A stretch of 64,000 bases of DNA, taken from contig NC_092674.1 in NCBI RefSeq assembly GCF_964355755.1, forward strand, positions 11,346,001-11,410,000, written 5' to 3'. Below the pieces are notes generated by a model that worked only from the letters and a program-made list of their open reading frames with translations, had not been told where the DNA came from and did not search any database. Source of the stretch: Antedon mediterranea. Lineage: Eukaryota; Animalia; Echinodermata. This document shows positions 28,585 to 43,100 of the stretch, one piece after another. How positions within the stretch are numbered: the first letter of the stretch is position 1; every line of letters begins with the position of its first letter. A program made the translations under genes and the position numbers.

Positions 28585-30295
28585 ATTTATATGAGGAAGA
28601 GGTACTAAAAGTTATTGAATCTCTCGATTCAAACAAAGCCCCCGGATTTGATGACATTTCAGCAAAAGTTGTAAAGGAAGTAAAATACAATATTTTAAAG
28701 CCGCTGACATATATTTTTAATTTATCACTTCAAACTGGACTAATACCAGGGAAATTGAAAATTTCCAAAGTAGTTCCCATACATAAAAAAGGGGACCGCC
28801 ATTTGGCCTCAAACTATCGTCCCATATCGCTGTTGCCCATTTTTTCGAAAGTTTTTGAAAAGATTATCCATAATCAATTATACAATTATCTTACAAAATG
28901 TAAAGTGTTAAGCAACAATCAATATGGATTTAGAAACAAACACTCAACTTCTCATGCTATGATCGACTTGGTCTATAAAATATTAAATGCATTTGAAAAA
29001 AAGGAATATGCACTTACTACCTTTATGGATTTGTCAAAAGCGTTTGACATTATCGATCACAGTATTCTGTTGAGCAAATTGGCGCATTATGATATAAGAG
29101 GCATCGTTTTAATGTGGTTTAGAAACTATTAAGTGGCCGCAAACAATATGTTTATGCCAACGGTAGATCATCATGTTTAAAAGACACCAATATAGGGGTG
29201 CCACAGGGTTCTGTTTTAGGACCACTTTTGTTTTTAATTTACATCAATGATATAAGTCGAGCAAGTAGTAAAATAGATATAATTAGTTTTGCTGACGACA
29301 CAACTTGTATAACAAGGGGAGATGACCCTACAATGTTAAACCATACTATGAATATTGAACTAGAAAAAATAAACGTATGGCTTAAAGCAAATAAGCTGTT
29401 ACTGAATGTCAGCAAAACTAATTACGTTGTTTTTAGAACTAGCCAAAAGAACTTTGACAAAAACCAGTTTAAAATAAAAATGAATAATGTGTTATTACAT
29501 AGAAAAGAAAATGTGACATTTCTAGGTGTAATTTTAAACATTTTGAAACATCACATACAGCTTATTAGAAAAAAAATGTCTAGGGCAATTGGTATACTTT
29601 TAAAAGTAAGAGAATTCTTTCCTCATAAAGTCCGTATTAGTCTTTATAACACCTTAGTATTACCTCACCTTCAGTATGGTAACTTAATATGGGGAAATAC
29701 ATACAAGAGCACGTTAGAAGTAATACTAAAACTCCAAAAGAGAGCTGTAAAATGCATTACCTTCTCTAAATCCAGACAAGCCTCAGAGCCACTGTTTAAG
29801 AAACTAAAAATATTAAACGTTTATGATATTTACAAAGTAAACGTCATAGGATTTATGGCAAACGTAAAATTCAATGAATTACCACATCACATTTTAAATA
29901 TTTTTAATTACTGTGACAGTATTAGGCCTACTCATAACCTCAGAACAGAAACTGAATTCGAAATTCCCTTCACAAGACTAACTTGCAGTCAACAGTTTAT
30001 ACACATATATGGACCAAAATTGTGGAAAGAATTCACTTGTAATGGTGGTAATAAACCGGTTATCTTAAAGAAACAAAATAAATGTATAAAAAAACAGGTT
30101 AAAAAATACTTTTTATCACTATATGCTGATTAACAACACCTTTGTTTATTTAAGTTCTATATACTTGTTCTTATGTAAAAGGGTCCTACAAAAAAATGAA
30201 GCTACAGCTTTTTTATGCAGGATCCCTGTTCTCAGTTGTACTGTAATTATGATGTACTGTAATTGATGACTAAATAAATGTGGAATAAATGTGAA
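28585..30295 (+). mobile_element. 5'-truncated L2/CR1-group LINE (reverse transcriptase ORF2) with one frameshift
   Basis: KAPGFD..NYRPISLLPIFSKVFEK..NQYGFR..DLSKAFD (28755-29132) and GVPQGSVLGPLLFLIYIND..FADD (29198-30133); a 1-nt deletion near 29130 breaks NYLSGRKQYV; 3' UTR with aataaa. Confidence 0.95.
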
Positions 30296-30390
30296 ATTTG
30301 GTTGTGCGGGCGTAAGTTTGTGTGCCAACGGTACGTATGAACCGATGTTGGAAATCATACCCAGTGTGGTGGCTTACTATACACACGTAA

Positions 30391-31593
30391 TACGGTGGCC
30401 CACAACTGTCACGCACACTATAACACAGAATCACACAATTAAAGAAGGAATTACACAGTTAAAGAAAGAATCACACAATTAAAGAAGAAATCGCACAATT
30501 AAAGAAGAAATCGCATATAAACAATAGAAAGCATGAAAATATAAAACGAAATGCACAAATAAAAAAGAAACGCGCAATTAAAGAAGAGCTAAGCACAATT
30601 AAAGAAGCCCGCAACAAATTCGAAAGCTCCTCGCACAATTAAAGAAGTCCGCAACAAATTCGAAAGCTCCTCGCACAAATCACAATTAAAGAAGTTCGCA
30701 AGAAATTCCAAAGTTCTCGCACAACTAAAGTACAGTAGTCAGTATGGAACGCCATCGCTGCCTCCGGCAGCAAACTTTAATTCTATTCGGCTCTTTTACC
30801 ATTACGTTCGGCTCTTTTAGCATTCGGCGCATTTCTATTCGGCCCATTTACCATTACGTTCGGCTCTTTCAGCATTCGGCGCATTTCTATTTGGCCCATT
30901 TACCATTACGTTCGGCTCTTTCAGCATTCGGCTTTTTTTTATTCGGCCCATTTACCATTACGTTCGGCTCTTTCAGCATTCGGCTCTTTTTTTTCGGCCC
31001 ATTTACCATTACGTTCGGCTCTTTTTTATTCGGCTTTTCTGCATTACGTTTCTGCATTACGTTCGGCTCTTTTTGATTTGGCACTTTTTACAAAGATTGT
31101 ATAGCGCCGCTACGCGGCGCAAGATAGGTAACTGGGTGAGACCTTTGTAATCCATGGACGCCATTCCGGCGGACAAGTTTGAACCGGAATAAAGTCGTTG
31201 TCAAGGCAATACCCACGATGTTTTGGTTAAAGAACGAAGTTGTCTAACCAAACATATCAATGTAAACACACAGAATTAATCGGAAAGTGTCCAGATCCCA
31301 AAGAAACTTTTATTTTACTTTGTTTACATAATTTCTTCCCTTTTCCAAGAATCAATCATAAAGATGGTTAACCACAGATACTTCGAGGCGGACCGCAAAC
31401 TTTAAACCATTTACATTTAAATCACAATAATAACCTGTCCGCCCGAATGGCGTCCATGGATTTACTGGGCGCGTAGTGTTATAAGATAGGAGCTTGGCAA
31501 CAGTTACCTATCTTGCGCCGCGTAGCGGCGCTATAATAATCTTTGCTTTTTATACGGCGCAATTAAATTCTAACCTTTTACGCGCTCTACCAT
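30391..31593. mobile_element. Non-autonomous element built of two short-repeat arrays
   Basis: cacaattaaagaag array at 30425-30730 and ttcggc(t/c)c..accattacg array at 30780-31075; candidate ends TACGGTGG..CTACCATA; no TSD established. Confidence 0.55.
31091..31545. mobile_element. P-superfamily-like MITE with perfect 7-bp TSD
   Basis: cttttta|CAAAGATT..TATAGCGCCGCTACGCGGCGCAAGATAGGTAACTG ... CAGTTACCTATCTTGCGCCGCGTAGCGGCGCTATA..AATCTTTG|cttttta. Confidence 0.9.
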
Positions 31594-32319
31594 AACACCA
31601 TAGATATAGAATAAACGTCACAATGCATTACGCGAGTGTAAGTACGCGCTATTGCTATGGTGATACTACAGATAATGCGCTCTTCTTTCTCTCATGTTCA
31701 GACAGTATAGAAAAAGCAACACGTTGTTCTGCAACTGGTGGTCTACCTGTTTGTTAGGCATTGCAGATTGTATTTTCAACAAAGCAAACGTACGTAGGCA
31801 AAAAGAAACTCCTTATAACGTCGAAGATTTGATTTAACTACTTACTATATAGGTTTATAGTGAGATAGTCGATCATAATAAATTACCAACAAAGTGCATT
31901 GTTTTCTAAATGATATGTTGGTTGTATTTATCATCTTCTTGATATAGTTGGCAAATATGTAAAATGATCAGGGCCAATGTCTAAAAAAATTTATTGGACC
32001 TTTGTGGGTTTTGTCTGATGTTGTCTTTAAGTGTTTTCATTTCCGCTTTCTCCTGTTGGTGGTGGCACTAGGATGTGACTTTCCATCAACCGTTGAATGA
32101 ACATCATAGACTCCAGAATCTGTCACATGTCAAAGTATCAAATATTTGAGATCTTGCATAATGGTCCTGCTTGTGTAATAAATGAGTTATTATGTTATAA
32201 TTTATACTGAATAAGAAGAATTCCATGAACTTTTACTTTTAAATATTAGGATAATAATACTTTCTCTGCGCTGGACATAAGGGAAGCGAAAGAAACACTC
32301 CATGTACAGTATGTCTATA

Positions 32320-33200
32320 TAGTCCATGGGATTTAGCTAAAAAATGACCCTTTTCTCACACAAATTGCAAGAAAAGGTTTTTTTGATGAAGTGTGTTCTT
32401 TAGACCCTGCTGAACACATTTATCAACGTTAGGACATTTTTCGACAACGGGAAGTAGCCTAATTTGCATAATTAAAAATGGCCGCCATTTTTAATAACGT
32501 AATCTGTATCTTGGAAACCGCTAGTCACAGATACTTAATTATGGTGTCAAAATCATTAGAATATATGTTTTTATATTCACTTTAATGAAAAAGTTTGTCC
32601 AAAAATGAATGGAAGTGCTATTTCTAACATTATTGACCTTTGACCTTGATTTATCATATCTCAGCAACCACTAATCGGAGATATACAAATTAGGGCTTAA
32701 ATTGTTCAGAAACAACACATTTATATCCAGTCTAATGGCATGTTTTTGCAAAAAATGGCGGATTCTAACATTATTGACCTTTGACCTTGATTTATCATAT
32801 CTTAGCAACCACTAATCTGAGAGACACACAATATGGCTCAAACTGTTCAGAAACTACATATTTATATTTAGTCTAATGGCATGTTTTTGCAAAAAATGGC
32901 CGATTCTAACATTATTGACCTTTGAACTTTGCACTACATAAAATCGCATAACTTTGAAAATATTGTACATATGAAATTATTTTTAGTTTCAAATTATTCA
33001 GAACATAAATGTTTCTATAGAGTCCAATGACATTATGTCCAATAATGACCTATTGTATTTGAAAAGGATTTTTAAACCCGGAATCTTCTTCATGTAGTTA
33101 GGCATTCATTAGAACATGTGATTTGGCACTACTTGTTAATTAATATGTTAATGAAGAAGGTAACCTAAAATAATGACTAATGATATTTTTACATATTTAG
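32320..33200. mobile_element. Partial non-autonomous DNA transposon with three 140-bp internal repeats
   Basis: Starts TAGTCCATGGG (same TAGTCC terminus as 12897); ttctaacattattgacctttga at about 32623, 32763 and 32903; second end not found. Confidence 0.55.
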
Positions 33201-34559
33201 TCAATGCTGATATAACGTGTCTACCTATGGTCTCCAGCAACTGGTATCTCAAGAGAATGATTATATTTAAATATTTTTGTATGCGTTTCTGTATTCGTAC
33301 TTGTAAACTGGAAGGTAATTTCCATTACTTTTTGGTAAAAAACTTGTTTATGTTGAGGAAGGTACCTATCTTGGCCATATTCTTATGTGTGATTGCAGTG
33401 ATGAGGCCAATATTCAAAGGCAGTACAGGTCTTCGTATATTAGAAGCAACTCACTCAATCGCAAATTTATGAAATGCTTTACTAATGTTAAATGTTTCCT
33501 CTTTAGATCTTATTGTATTAATCTATAATGTGCTGCCCTTTGGAGTGACTACAGTATCGTATGAAGACAATTAGATCACTTAATATATATGCTACAATAA
33601 TGCTCTGCGCTGTACAGTATGATGCTTATTGAACATGGTTTCCCTTCTTTTATTGTGTATATGTGAAAATCTATCTATAGTTTCATGCAACGTATGTTCT
33701 TTTTCAATTCAATTCGTTTATTCAATATTCAATAATTTCAGTAAATAATCTCCACATATAAAAATTCATAAAGAATAATTATATAAACACGTAAGATAAT
33801 AATTAATAAAACTTAGTATGTGTGTAAGGAAACATATGCCTATATAAGTATAAAACTTTAAGCCTAGGCTTCCAGAAAAAAAGTAACAAAAAAGTTGGAA
33901 AAAAAAGATTCAAAATACGATATATTCTAATAAAAAAAGGAAGGAGAAAGCCTAAGCGAAAAAACACCAGACAGTCAAAGATATTCGGGAAAGAACATTA
34001 AATGAAAAAGGTAATTTTCAAAGAATGCAATACCGACGATGGAGTTTAAAAAAGATAAAAATATGAGAAAATATTCAAGCACATGTATATGTGAACTTTA
34101 TTCAATCAATCGTACATTTGTTATAATGGTAACCACAATAAGATATAATATTACAGTAGATTTTTACAAAAAAACAAGACCAATATAAATATTAATTATA
34201 AAATATATACAATGATTATTTACAGTAATGATAATAATAAAAATTAATTGTTTATATTGAATATTATTGGAAACAGAAGTTGAATAATAAAATACTGGAA
34301 AGTTTAATTAGAGGTTTACAATCAATGGAAAAGATGAAAACATATGATATTGTAAGTATTAAAAGTAGCAGTGTTTAGGGAGATTACTGTATATTGGCAA
34401 CGGCACACAGTTGAACATGGTTTTAAGCAAAAGTAATATATTGATTGATTGAATCGGGCATCACTATAAGCAAAGCTTTAAAATGTGATGTCCTATGTAA
34501 CAATTAAAAATTGGAAAAAATAAATAAATAAATAAATTACAATAAAAACAATAACAATT

Positions 34560-36000
34560 AGAAAAGCAATAGAAAACATATTTTTAAACAAAATTTTTAG
34601 TCGCCATATACCGAGATCAAGGTATTTTTAAGGTTGTATTTAAAACTAAAAATTGATGGTTTGTTTGTGAAAGATGATGGAAGTAAGTACCAAGATCTGG
34701 GACCGCAATATAAGATGAAGTGACGTCTAAGATTTGAGGTGGTAAGCAGAAGTGTTGTGACTGTGAAGAGAGAAAATAGTGAAGCGATTTGAGAGCGTAA
34801 CAGAGACCAACGTAAACGGAACATAAAAAGGCAAATTTGAAACTTATTTAAATCGTAAATATTAAGAACATTATATTCCAGAAATAAGGGTTTAGTATTG
34901 GATTTAAAAGAAGTAGAAGCACAAATTCTTTTTTTAAGTCTAGACAGTTTGTCAATGTGAATTGTTTCATAACCTTACTTTTAAAATGTGTTTATAATAC
35001 CTATGTTTCTAGCAGCAATCACGATACTAATTCGATGTATATGGGCTTCCACGTAAATTTAAAATCGATAGTGGCACCCAAAAAATTGGTTTCGTTAATA
35101 TGCACAATTTCATTCTCATCGATAAAAATACGAAAGCCGTCAGAAGAGTTAGATTTAGGTAAAATATATATATATATATATATAATTAGTCTTAGAAACT
35201 TATTAACATTAAACCAATTGGAAACTTTAACAAGCTCGGAATTAAAAATTTGTAAGTGTGTTGCTTTATTGCTATGGGAAAAATAGATATTAGAATCATC
35301 GGCAAAGAGAACACAATTTAAAATGTTTGAAAAATTTGGTAAATCATTCAAATAAAGTAAGAAAAGTGGTCTGTGGAAGTTAAAATTCGTACTGTGAAAT
35401 AGGTAATTAGAATTCAGTTGAAGAGGAAGGTCTCTGATACCATAGGAATGTAGTTTTTGATAAGTATATCATGGTTAATGGTACCTCACTTAATTCTAAA
35501 AAGATACCTATTGTATATTATTTCGTTTGTAAAGAATAAGTTAACTTTTACGTTTATAAATAAAAGGTTTAAGGAGCTTAGAACAACATAATTAATAATG
35601 AAATGGGTCTATAATTGCTTTAAAAAAAACGGAGGGTCATCTTTTTTATGAATAGGAATTACTTTTGCTTTTTAATCAGGAAAGATACCATTAAGAAAAG
35701 AAATATTATGATATGACAGAGAAGTTTAGAAATCGAGTGGCCCACACCTTTTATAACTTTATTAGATAGATTGTCAAACCCACAGCTCTTCTTTCCTTTA
35801 AAAGGTTAGTTAGGTCAGTAATTTCAAATTCAAGAATGGGATTAAAAAAAAGAATTTTGAATTCGGGAAGAAAAAATGAAAAGTCAACATTTGTGCTGGG
35901 GCCAATGTTATTAAGCGTAGAACCAATGACGGTAAAGTAATCATTAAACTTATTGGATATAAGTAAAGGGTCTGTTAGTTTGGTAATGTGGGAGGATCTT
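34560..36000 (-). mobile_element. Decayed CR1/L2-group LINE
   Basis: ORF fragments NDLPNFSNILNCVLFADDSNIYFS (35019-35351) and GPRSWYLLPS..SIFSFKYNLK (34597-34824); many frameshifts. Confidence 0.88.
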
Positions 36001-36739
36001 TATTTTTTCTTTTTGCCTAGTAGTCAATATATTTTATTAATATTGTTTTTAAATAAATTAAAATGATTTTTGGAAATAGTTCTTTTTTAAAGTTGAAAGT
36101 AAGGCAGTTAACGTGTTTTTGTATAATTTTGTACGTTTGTCATTACAGTTTTGTAAGCAAGGTTAGGGTCATAGGTAATATTGTGCTTTACTCTCATTGC
36201 CTCGTCCTTCGGATGGGATGTAAAGCCGTTGGTGATCCTCTGTAGTAAACTATGTTCAATAGTTGTAATACTATTATTCTTGTTGCTTTTGTTTGCAAAC
36301 ACATGCTCCATAACTAAAATTGTAGATTGAGAAGTATCCTAGGCCTATATATATAAGCTTAGAGTTTGCGAATTGTTGATTGGTTTGTTGATATGGATGA
36401 AATTTTTCTATTGTCAACAATGACAATGCCAAAATAAATACCAATTTCGAAAATTGATAATTGAAACAAATATGTAATGGAGAGTAGTAGTTTTGGAATG
36501 CATCTAGGCTATGTAGTAACACATCTAGGCCGATGTAAATGTTGGAGGGTAGAGATATGGCTGTGGGTTAGCGGTGTATTTGGTGGTCACGAAGGGCGTT
36601 AGAGTGGCGTGGTGGTACGTATGAACCGATGTTGGAAATCATACTCAATCATGCTCAATGGTGGCTTACAAAAAGTGTATAATAAATTAGTAATTTAAGA
36701 TATTGTTCACTACCTTTTGAAGTAGTTGTGTCATTGTCT

Positions 36740-37380
36740 TTTTAGTCGCGTGGAAGTTCACTATGTCGGTCGGTCGGTCTGTCTGTCTGTCGGTCTGTCT
36801 GTCTGTCTGTCGGTCCGGTATCACTATGCGTTTTATCGCTTTCTGACCTTATCTTGATATCAGTTTAATCTAGCTAGGTCAATTTTTCACAGTATATTCC
36901 TTATGGCCAGGAATCAATGTGGTTATGTTTTCACGGTGCGCAATAAAAAATTACGCGGTCTACGCACGATTTAACGAAATCACATTTGTAATCATATCTT
37001 CACAACCATGAATCACAATTAAATAAAATTTGACCATGAGTGCGCATATTTTTGCGCGCGCACTGCGCGTTAAATGTTATTGCGCACTCTTTTTGCCCGA
37101 TTTCTGTTTTCTTGACTTACTTTTCAACTCGAAATTACGTTATACGAGCACGTAGAAAGTGACAGGCTACGCACGTGTAAATTAAAAAAATATAAATGTT
37201 TTTAAACATTTCAACATTTTTAAACATGTTCAGTAATTTCGGTCAGTATAGTTCACTATGTCGGTCGGTCTGTCGGTCTGTCGGTCTGTCTGTCGGTCTG
37301 TCTGTCGGTCTATCGGTCTGTATGTCGGTCCGGTATCACTATGCATTGTAGCACGCGACTTAATGGCTGTTGGCCTTGTT
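36740..37380 (+). mobile_element. HINE/DINE-1-like (Helentron-associated) non-autonomous element
   Basis: Sub-terminal inverted repeats AGTCGCGTG..CACGCGACT, (GTCN)n microsatellites, 3' mini-hairpin ggctgttggcc, T-rich ends; related fragments in each 4013-bp unit (e.g. 42110-42620, 43440-43540). Confidence 0.75.
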
Positions 37381-37534
37381 CTTGTTACATCCGATCATAT
37401 TCCTTAATATATGATATTAAAAATGTATACCGATTTTTCCAAATAATTTAAGAACTTTTCTGAAACGAGCTTTCTGTGATAAATATCTAATAGAAAATGA
37501 CGTCCGTTTATTCTATCGCGAGTGTAAGTACGCG

Positions 37535-37556
37535 CAAAGAACTTATAAGTTCTTTG
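37535..37556. mobile_element. 22-bp perfect palindrome with 7-bp TSD (P-like footprint)
   Basis: gtacgcg|CAAAGAACTTATAAGTTCTTTG|gtacgcg; the paralogous site at 31642-31648 has a single gtacgcg (empty site). Confidence 0.9.
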
Positions 37557-37740
37557 GTACGCGTTATTGCTATGGTGGTCCTATAGATAACGCGCTCTTC
37601 TTTCTCATGTTCAGATAGTAGAAAGCAACACGTTGTTGCTGTTTGTTAGCCGGTTTTTTCAACAAAGCAAACGTGCGTAGGCAAAAATAAAACTCCTTAT
37701 AATTCTAGTTAACACATCGGGTATTTGGTTTTAGTTACTA

Positions 37741-40090
37741 GGTTCCAATCTCGAACCGTAGAACACAATGTTGTAAAAATAAGTTCCTTCATATTTTACA
37801 GCAGTCGGGCAGCAAAGTGGTTGACCTCGCGAATTATTACCAAATCAAAATTTGAATTGCCGCCATCTTGGAATCGCGATAAAGCAAGTAGTGCGGAATT
37901 ACAAAATGCAGCAAAAAAAATTTTCAATAACATTTAAATAGCATATACATACAATTAAATTTATATTAATAAAATTCAACAAAGGAGTTTACGAAAGATA
38001 GGCTACTTAAGAAATACTGCCGAGATCGGTTCCCCCACACGGCGTAGGGTACCGCAGTGCTAAGGGGCCTAGGTAGGAAAAAATATGATTTTACCTATTA
38101 AACATGCTTGAACCAAGGCCATTTCAATATATATTATCCAGATTATATATCAAAACAAACTGATAAAAGGATTTGTTGATTTGCTTCTGATGAGAAAAGT
38201 GCCGGATTCATTTCGTTGACGGCGAATGAATACACGAATTTTCGCCATTTTCTAGCATTAGCCTTGAGTACCCAGACAGCTGATAACGATTATATTCGAT
38301 TGTCCAGACGTCTCTGCTACTGGTGCTCAATACTACAGTATGTACCATGGACCTATAGGTCCATGGTATTACTGTACATATAGTACTGTATGTTTAGTTT
38401 TTGCTTTCTTTATGGCAAAATAAATATTTAATTTTTATTATTGCTTATTTTCCTTTAACTTTATCCAAGAAGAAGTACATATTATTATATATATGCATAT
38501 TACAGTCAAGTTGCAACTGCCACGAATCCACTCCACTTTGGTTACTAACTAAATAATTAATACTAATAGTATAACACCATAACTAAAACAAATTAACAAG
38601 TTAATAAATTAACCACCATTAAATAATTTTATTTACACAAAAGTATTTTACATACATGTAATATCTTGTTTACATCGAAGTAAAATATGCCTATCAAACT
38701 ATCTTGCTCAGGCTAAAATATCAAGTTACATATGTCAATATTCGAGTTAAATCATCGCGATAATAAATTTAATTTTTTTTTTATTTTTAAAGACATCGGT
38801 TGCGTACATCAATTTACAAATATCAAAATAGCATTGTTTTTGCAGCACAAGATGAATCACAAGTCGGATAGTTTATTCTTAGAAACCTGAAAGAAAAAAA
38901 AACACCAATAATGAGCTATTCATAGTTAAATAATTTTAATGTCAACTTTAGTCATCCTAAATTTTGTCGCCATGATCACCTGTGTATATATATATATATC
39001 ATACTATGTACGACCATCCAAATTACCTCATCCTACCTACAGTCCTTCCTAGCCTAGGCTACATTATTGTCATTATATATTTACAAACCTCCAACAGCCA
39101 CAACGTATTTTCTTTTCTTTGGCAAAGCATTTCCCGTAATATAGTCCTAAATTAATTAAATAAATTGAAAGGTCTAGGCCTTTCTTTAAATATCCGACGA
39201 TATATATCTATAATTCAGTGGATATAAATTCAACATTTTAAACATAATATGGCTTCACATTGATTATAATAAGTCGGCGATATGCCACTAAAAACTAGCC
39301 TGCGGCCCTCTCTATCCCTACAAATAGCACTGGGTTTCCGTCTAATGGGCTAGGCCTAGGCCTAGATAATACAAGTTGGGTAAATTTTTTTACAACCAAA
39401 TAATCTACAATTATATTGCAATATTTACCAAACTAGCACCAAATCCAAAATAATAAAGCTACTAATAACCTATTTTGGTATATTAACTGGTTTAAAAACG
39501 GATTGCACATAGTGATTTTGAAGGATTGAAATTACTCAACCACACGGCCTGTACTAAACATACGAATCCAAGATGGAGTCTGCTTAGAATATATCCCCAG
39601 TTTTGAACGGATATTGAATCCGTCCCACAAGCTGAACCAAGCTTAAACTTTCAGAAAAGATAGATTAATAACCTAATAACCAACCACTAAGTTTTTATAA
39701 AGGTTCCGTGCTGATGAGAAAAGTGCCGGATTCCCTACGAAACCAAACAAATAAATCATGTAGCCTACCTCAACGCACACCTCCATCTGCACATATTTCT
39801 TCAATAAGGTCTGTCGTCATTTCCTGGGCTTTTTATACCAAAATTTTGTGGCAGGAATAATCTTCCATATTAGGAATAACAATTTCCAAATATAGAAAGA
39901 TATAATTTAACCCGGATGGTGGAAATTGCAGCAGATTTGTAAGGGTATTCCCATGCAAAATGCTTGCCGCGAAGTGAAAAGCGAACCGGAAGTCACTATA
40001 ACTAGTTAAAAAACAGCGTTTTAACGGTTAAATGAGCACTTTGCTGCTCGACTGACAGCATTGTGTTCCATGGGTACCAGTTTTGGAACC
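37741..40090. mobile_element. Non-autonomous element with imperfect TIRs and promoter-like interior
   Basis: GGTTCCAA..GAACACAATG..CAGTCGGGCAGCAAAGTG at the left end matches the reverse complement of 40037-40090; internal YY1-like GCCATCTTGG motif and duplicated ctgatgagaaaagtgccggattc (38187, 39711). Confidence 0.6.
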
Positions 40091-40199
40091 ATAAAACACA
40101 AAATAAGTAACGTGCGCATGATCTGTCATTACCAAACAACCACGTTACCAATATATAATACAATTTGTCCTTCAGGTCAAAGGTTAAACATTATTGCAT

Positions 40200-43100
40200 T
40201 TATCCGATAATTATCTGATTTTAGTAAGACATTATCAATTAATTTTTCTTGAGTGGAAGTCCCCTATTCCATATGAACATTAACGGTTGATTCTCGGTGT
40301 AGTTATCGGTTGTATTTTGACTGCGGAAGCACGTACAGCCTCTCTGACGATGAACATATACAATTAATTACAATAATAAATGTATAGGTTATACAGTCTG
40401 GTGTTCTATCTGTCAATACAATCTTTCTCATAAATTATAATCTCAATGACAATTTGCTCGAGTTTTGCAACAACCCTGCTTGTTGAACACCAATCCACCA
40501 GCTTATCTTATTCATAGTAGGCATAGTTGTCTTCTCGTCTCAATGCAAATCCAGAATTTCTGAAACGGATGCTTAAACTTGGGTTAAATAGTTTACCATT
40601 AATTTTAATTTTCTTAAAATGTATTATAAAAGTATGACTATGTGCCTATTTCTATTTAAAAAAAGTAAGATGAACAGTTAATAACATAATGTTGATTTCA
40701 GATGTGTCAAAAATTCAACGCAAACCATGGATGCTATATTAAATTAGCAACTCGCCAAAAGATTGTCTAAACGAAAATTTAGGTTGCTAAATAAAGTAGT
40801 ATTACGTATAACCATAGGTATATAAGGAAGATATTCGGATCTTGTGCTTGACAGACTACAGATCTGAACACTCCTAAATAATAAAACACTTTATAATAAC
40901 TAAAACTAGTTATTTATCTAGTTTATGGGGTCTGTGCATTAGTAAACATTGAACAGATAAATCAGTGATTAAATCGTTTTAGTAAATACAATTTCATAAA
41001 CGGTTAGATTGTTATAGGGGCAATATATATATAACATTAACAATGTGATTGTAAACAAATTAATAAATGTCAAGTATGCCATACAATGATCAGGAATAAG
41101 TGGTGTAATAAACCCACTGATGGTTTGTCAAGTCTATTATCAGTATAAAAGTAAACACAAGAAAACATAAATCAAAAAATTATAGAAAATGTAGTCCGGT
41201 ATGGCAATTATGATTGTAAAATTTCAATTTTGACTGATAACCAACAACAAATAAAAAGGTCGCAATTTAGTATCTTCCTTAATTTTCATGTTTTAAAAAC
41301 AACGTCCAGACGTATTAGGAAAGCTGTACAACGATTCAAAAAGGTAATTTTTATCAATTATTTCCAATAACTACACAGGTTTATACATAATTTTTGCTTT
41401 CAAAATAAATTAAAAAACAAGAAAGCAAAAAGATTTTTTATTTTATTAATGCTGTAATTTTAAGAAGGAATTGTGACAAGAATGCTTTTGGAAATGGATT
41501 TTAAATTAATCAATCTATTCAAAAACTAAAGATCTTTTATGCATGTTTTACAAACAATACAACGAGAAACTATTGGAATATTATTATTATTTCTATCATA
41601 GAGTAATAATAGTAGCCATAGTCAACATTTAGTATATTGATTTTTGTATGTAATTTTTAAAAATAGGTATGCAGACATTTTATAAGACATTATTTTTTAA
41701 ATAAAAAATTTCAATTTTTAATTAGTTAGTGAAATACGAATGAAACAAAACTATCTCACAGAGGGTAATTATATAGTTCATCGAATTTATCATTGGAGAA
41801 TGACTATAATCATTTTTGAATTATTTATCTTTATGTTTCTTGTAAACTTTATTCAATCAAACAATCAATCAGTAAACAAACATTGTATGTTTGGAAAGGA
41901 GCCTAAATAAGTTATAACAACTTTACGCAGGCTCCCAAAAATAAACAAAGTAACAATAGTTGAGCAGAAAGAGACATGATAATACTATACTATTACTGTA
42001 ATAAAAATAAGGTAAAGGAGAAACGCATATTGGACAGACGAAATCTATTCAGACAGATGATATGAAAAGAAACATTTTCAAGGAATAAGAAACCAGAAAT
42101 TATTAAATTAGTTCACTATGTCGGTCGGTCGGTAAACACTAACTTTTATCTTTGTCTTGATATCACTTTCATCTAGCTAAGTCAATTTTTCACAGTATGT
42201 TCCTTATGGCCAGGAAAGGATGTGGTTATGTTTTCACGGTGCGCAATCAAAAATTACGCGGTCTACGCACGATTTAACGAAATCACGTTTGTAATCGCAA
42301 TTAAATAAAATTTCAGGGCATAAATCATCATATGGCAATACAATTACGTTCGTAGCGCATGTAACGCATGCGTACGCGCGCTTAAAAATTTCAAAATTTA
42401 TTTTCGATGAAATAAGAGTAGGCCTACGTTTCAGGCCATTTTAAGCGTTCAAAAAATTGCCATGAGTGCGCAGATTTTTGTACGCGCATTGCGCGGTAAA
42501 TGTTATTATGCACTCTTTTTGCCCGATTTCTGTTTACAACCTTTCTTTAATAATATCATCATATTTGATTCACTTTTCAACTCGAAATTACGTTATACAA
42601 GTGACAGGCTACGCACGTACGTGTGAGTTAACAAAATGGTGAAAATATGTTAAATTTTAAAATTAATATAGATCGTCAGAATGCACCTAACAGCTATTTT
42701 GCATTTCATTTTCTTAAAGTTTATCCTATGTATGATTCATTATGAAATTAAGAGAACAAAAGTTGATTAAGTCATCATTAAATTTAAAAAAAATAATTTC
42801 GGCAATCAAACAAATTATGAAATTTTCATAGGCCGAAATAACAAACATAACATTAACTTTCTTTCTTAAAATGTTCATATAGGCCTATTAAATTTAATAG
42901 TATATAGTTTATTTATTTATTTTTTCAATTTCTGCCATATACATAACAAAGAAGACAAAACAATTATAAAAGGAGGCACGGAAAGACCAAACAGGTGCTA
43001 AACACCTATGCTAGTTGGTCAACCCAGAACAGAGAAAAATAAATAAATTACCTTCTACAATAAAAGCATCGACAAGAAAGCGACCAACTACACACATTTT

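Noticed and set aside
30744-31084. Repetitive ORFs on both strands
   Set aside because: By-products of the short tandem array; no coding evidence
36050-36520. Additional Penelope-like fragment (HNITYDPNL, KLIYIG)
   Set aside because: Motifs are too eroded and out of expected order to call with confidence
39700-39745. CTGATGA..GAAAC as a hammerhead ribozyme (also 38187, and CTGACGA at 7805)
   Set aside because: No convincing stem I or stem II pairing; the core is incomplete in the other two
40090-40125. MRTLLILCFM after an AG acceptor as the displaced signal peptide of the S8 protease
   Set aside because: The protease has its own Kozak ATG, signal peptide and TATA at 26291; this short frame runs into a transposon end and cannot be linked to it
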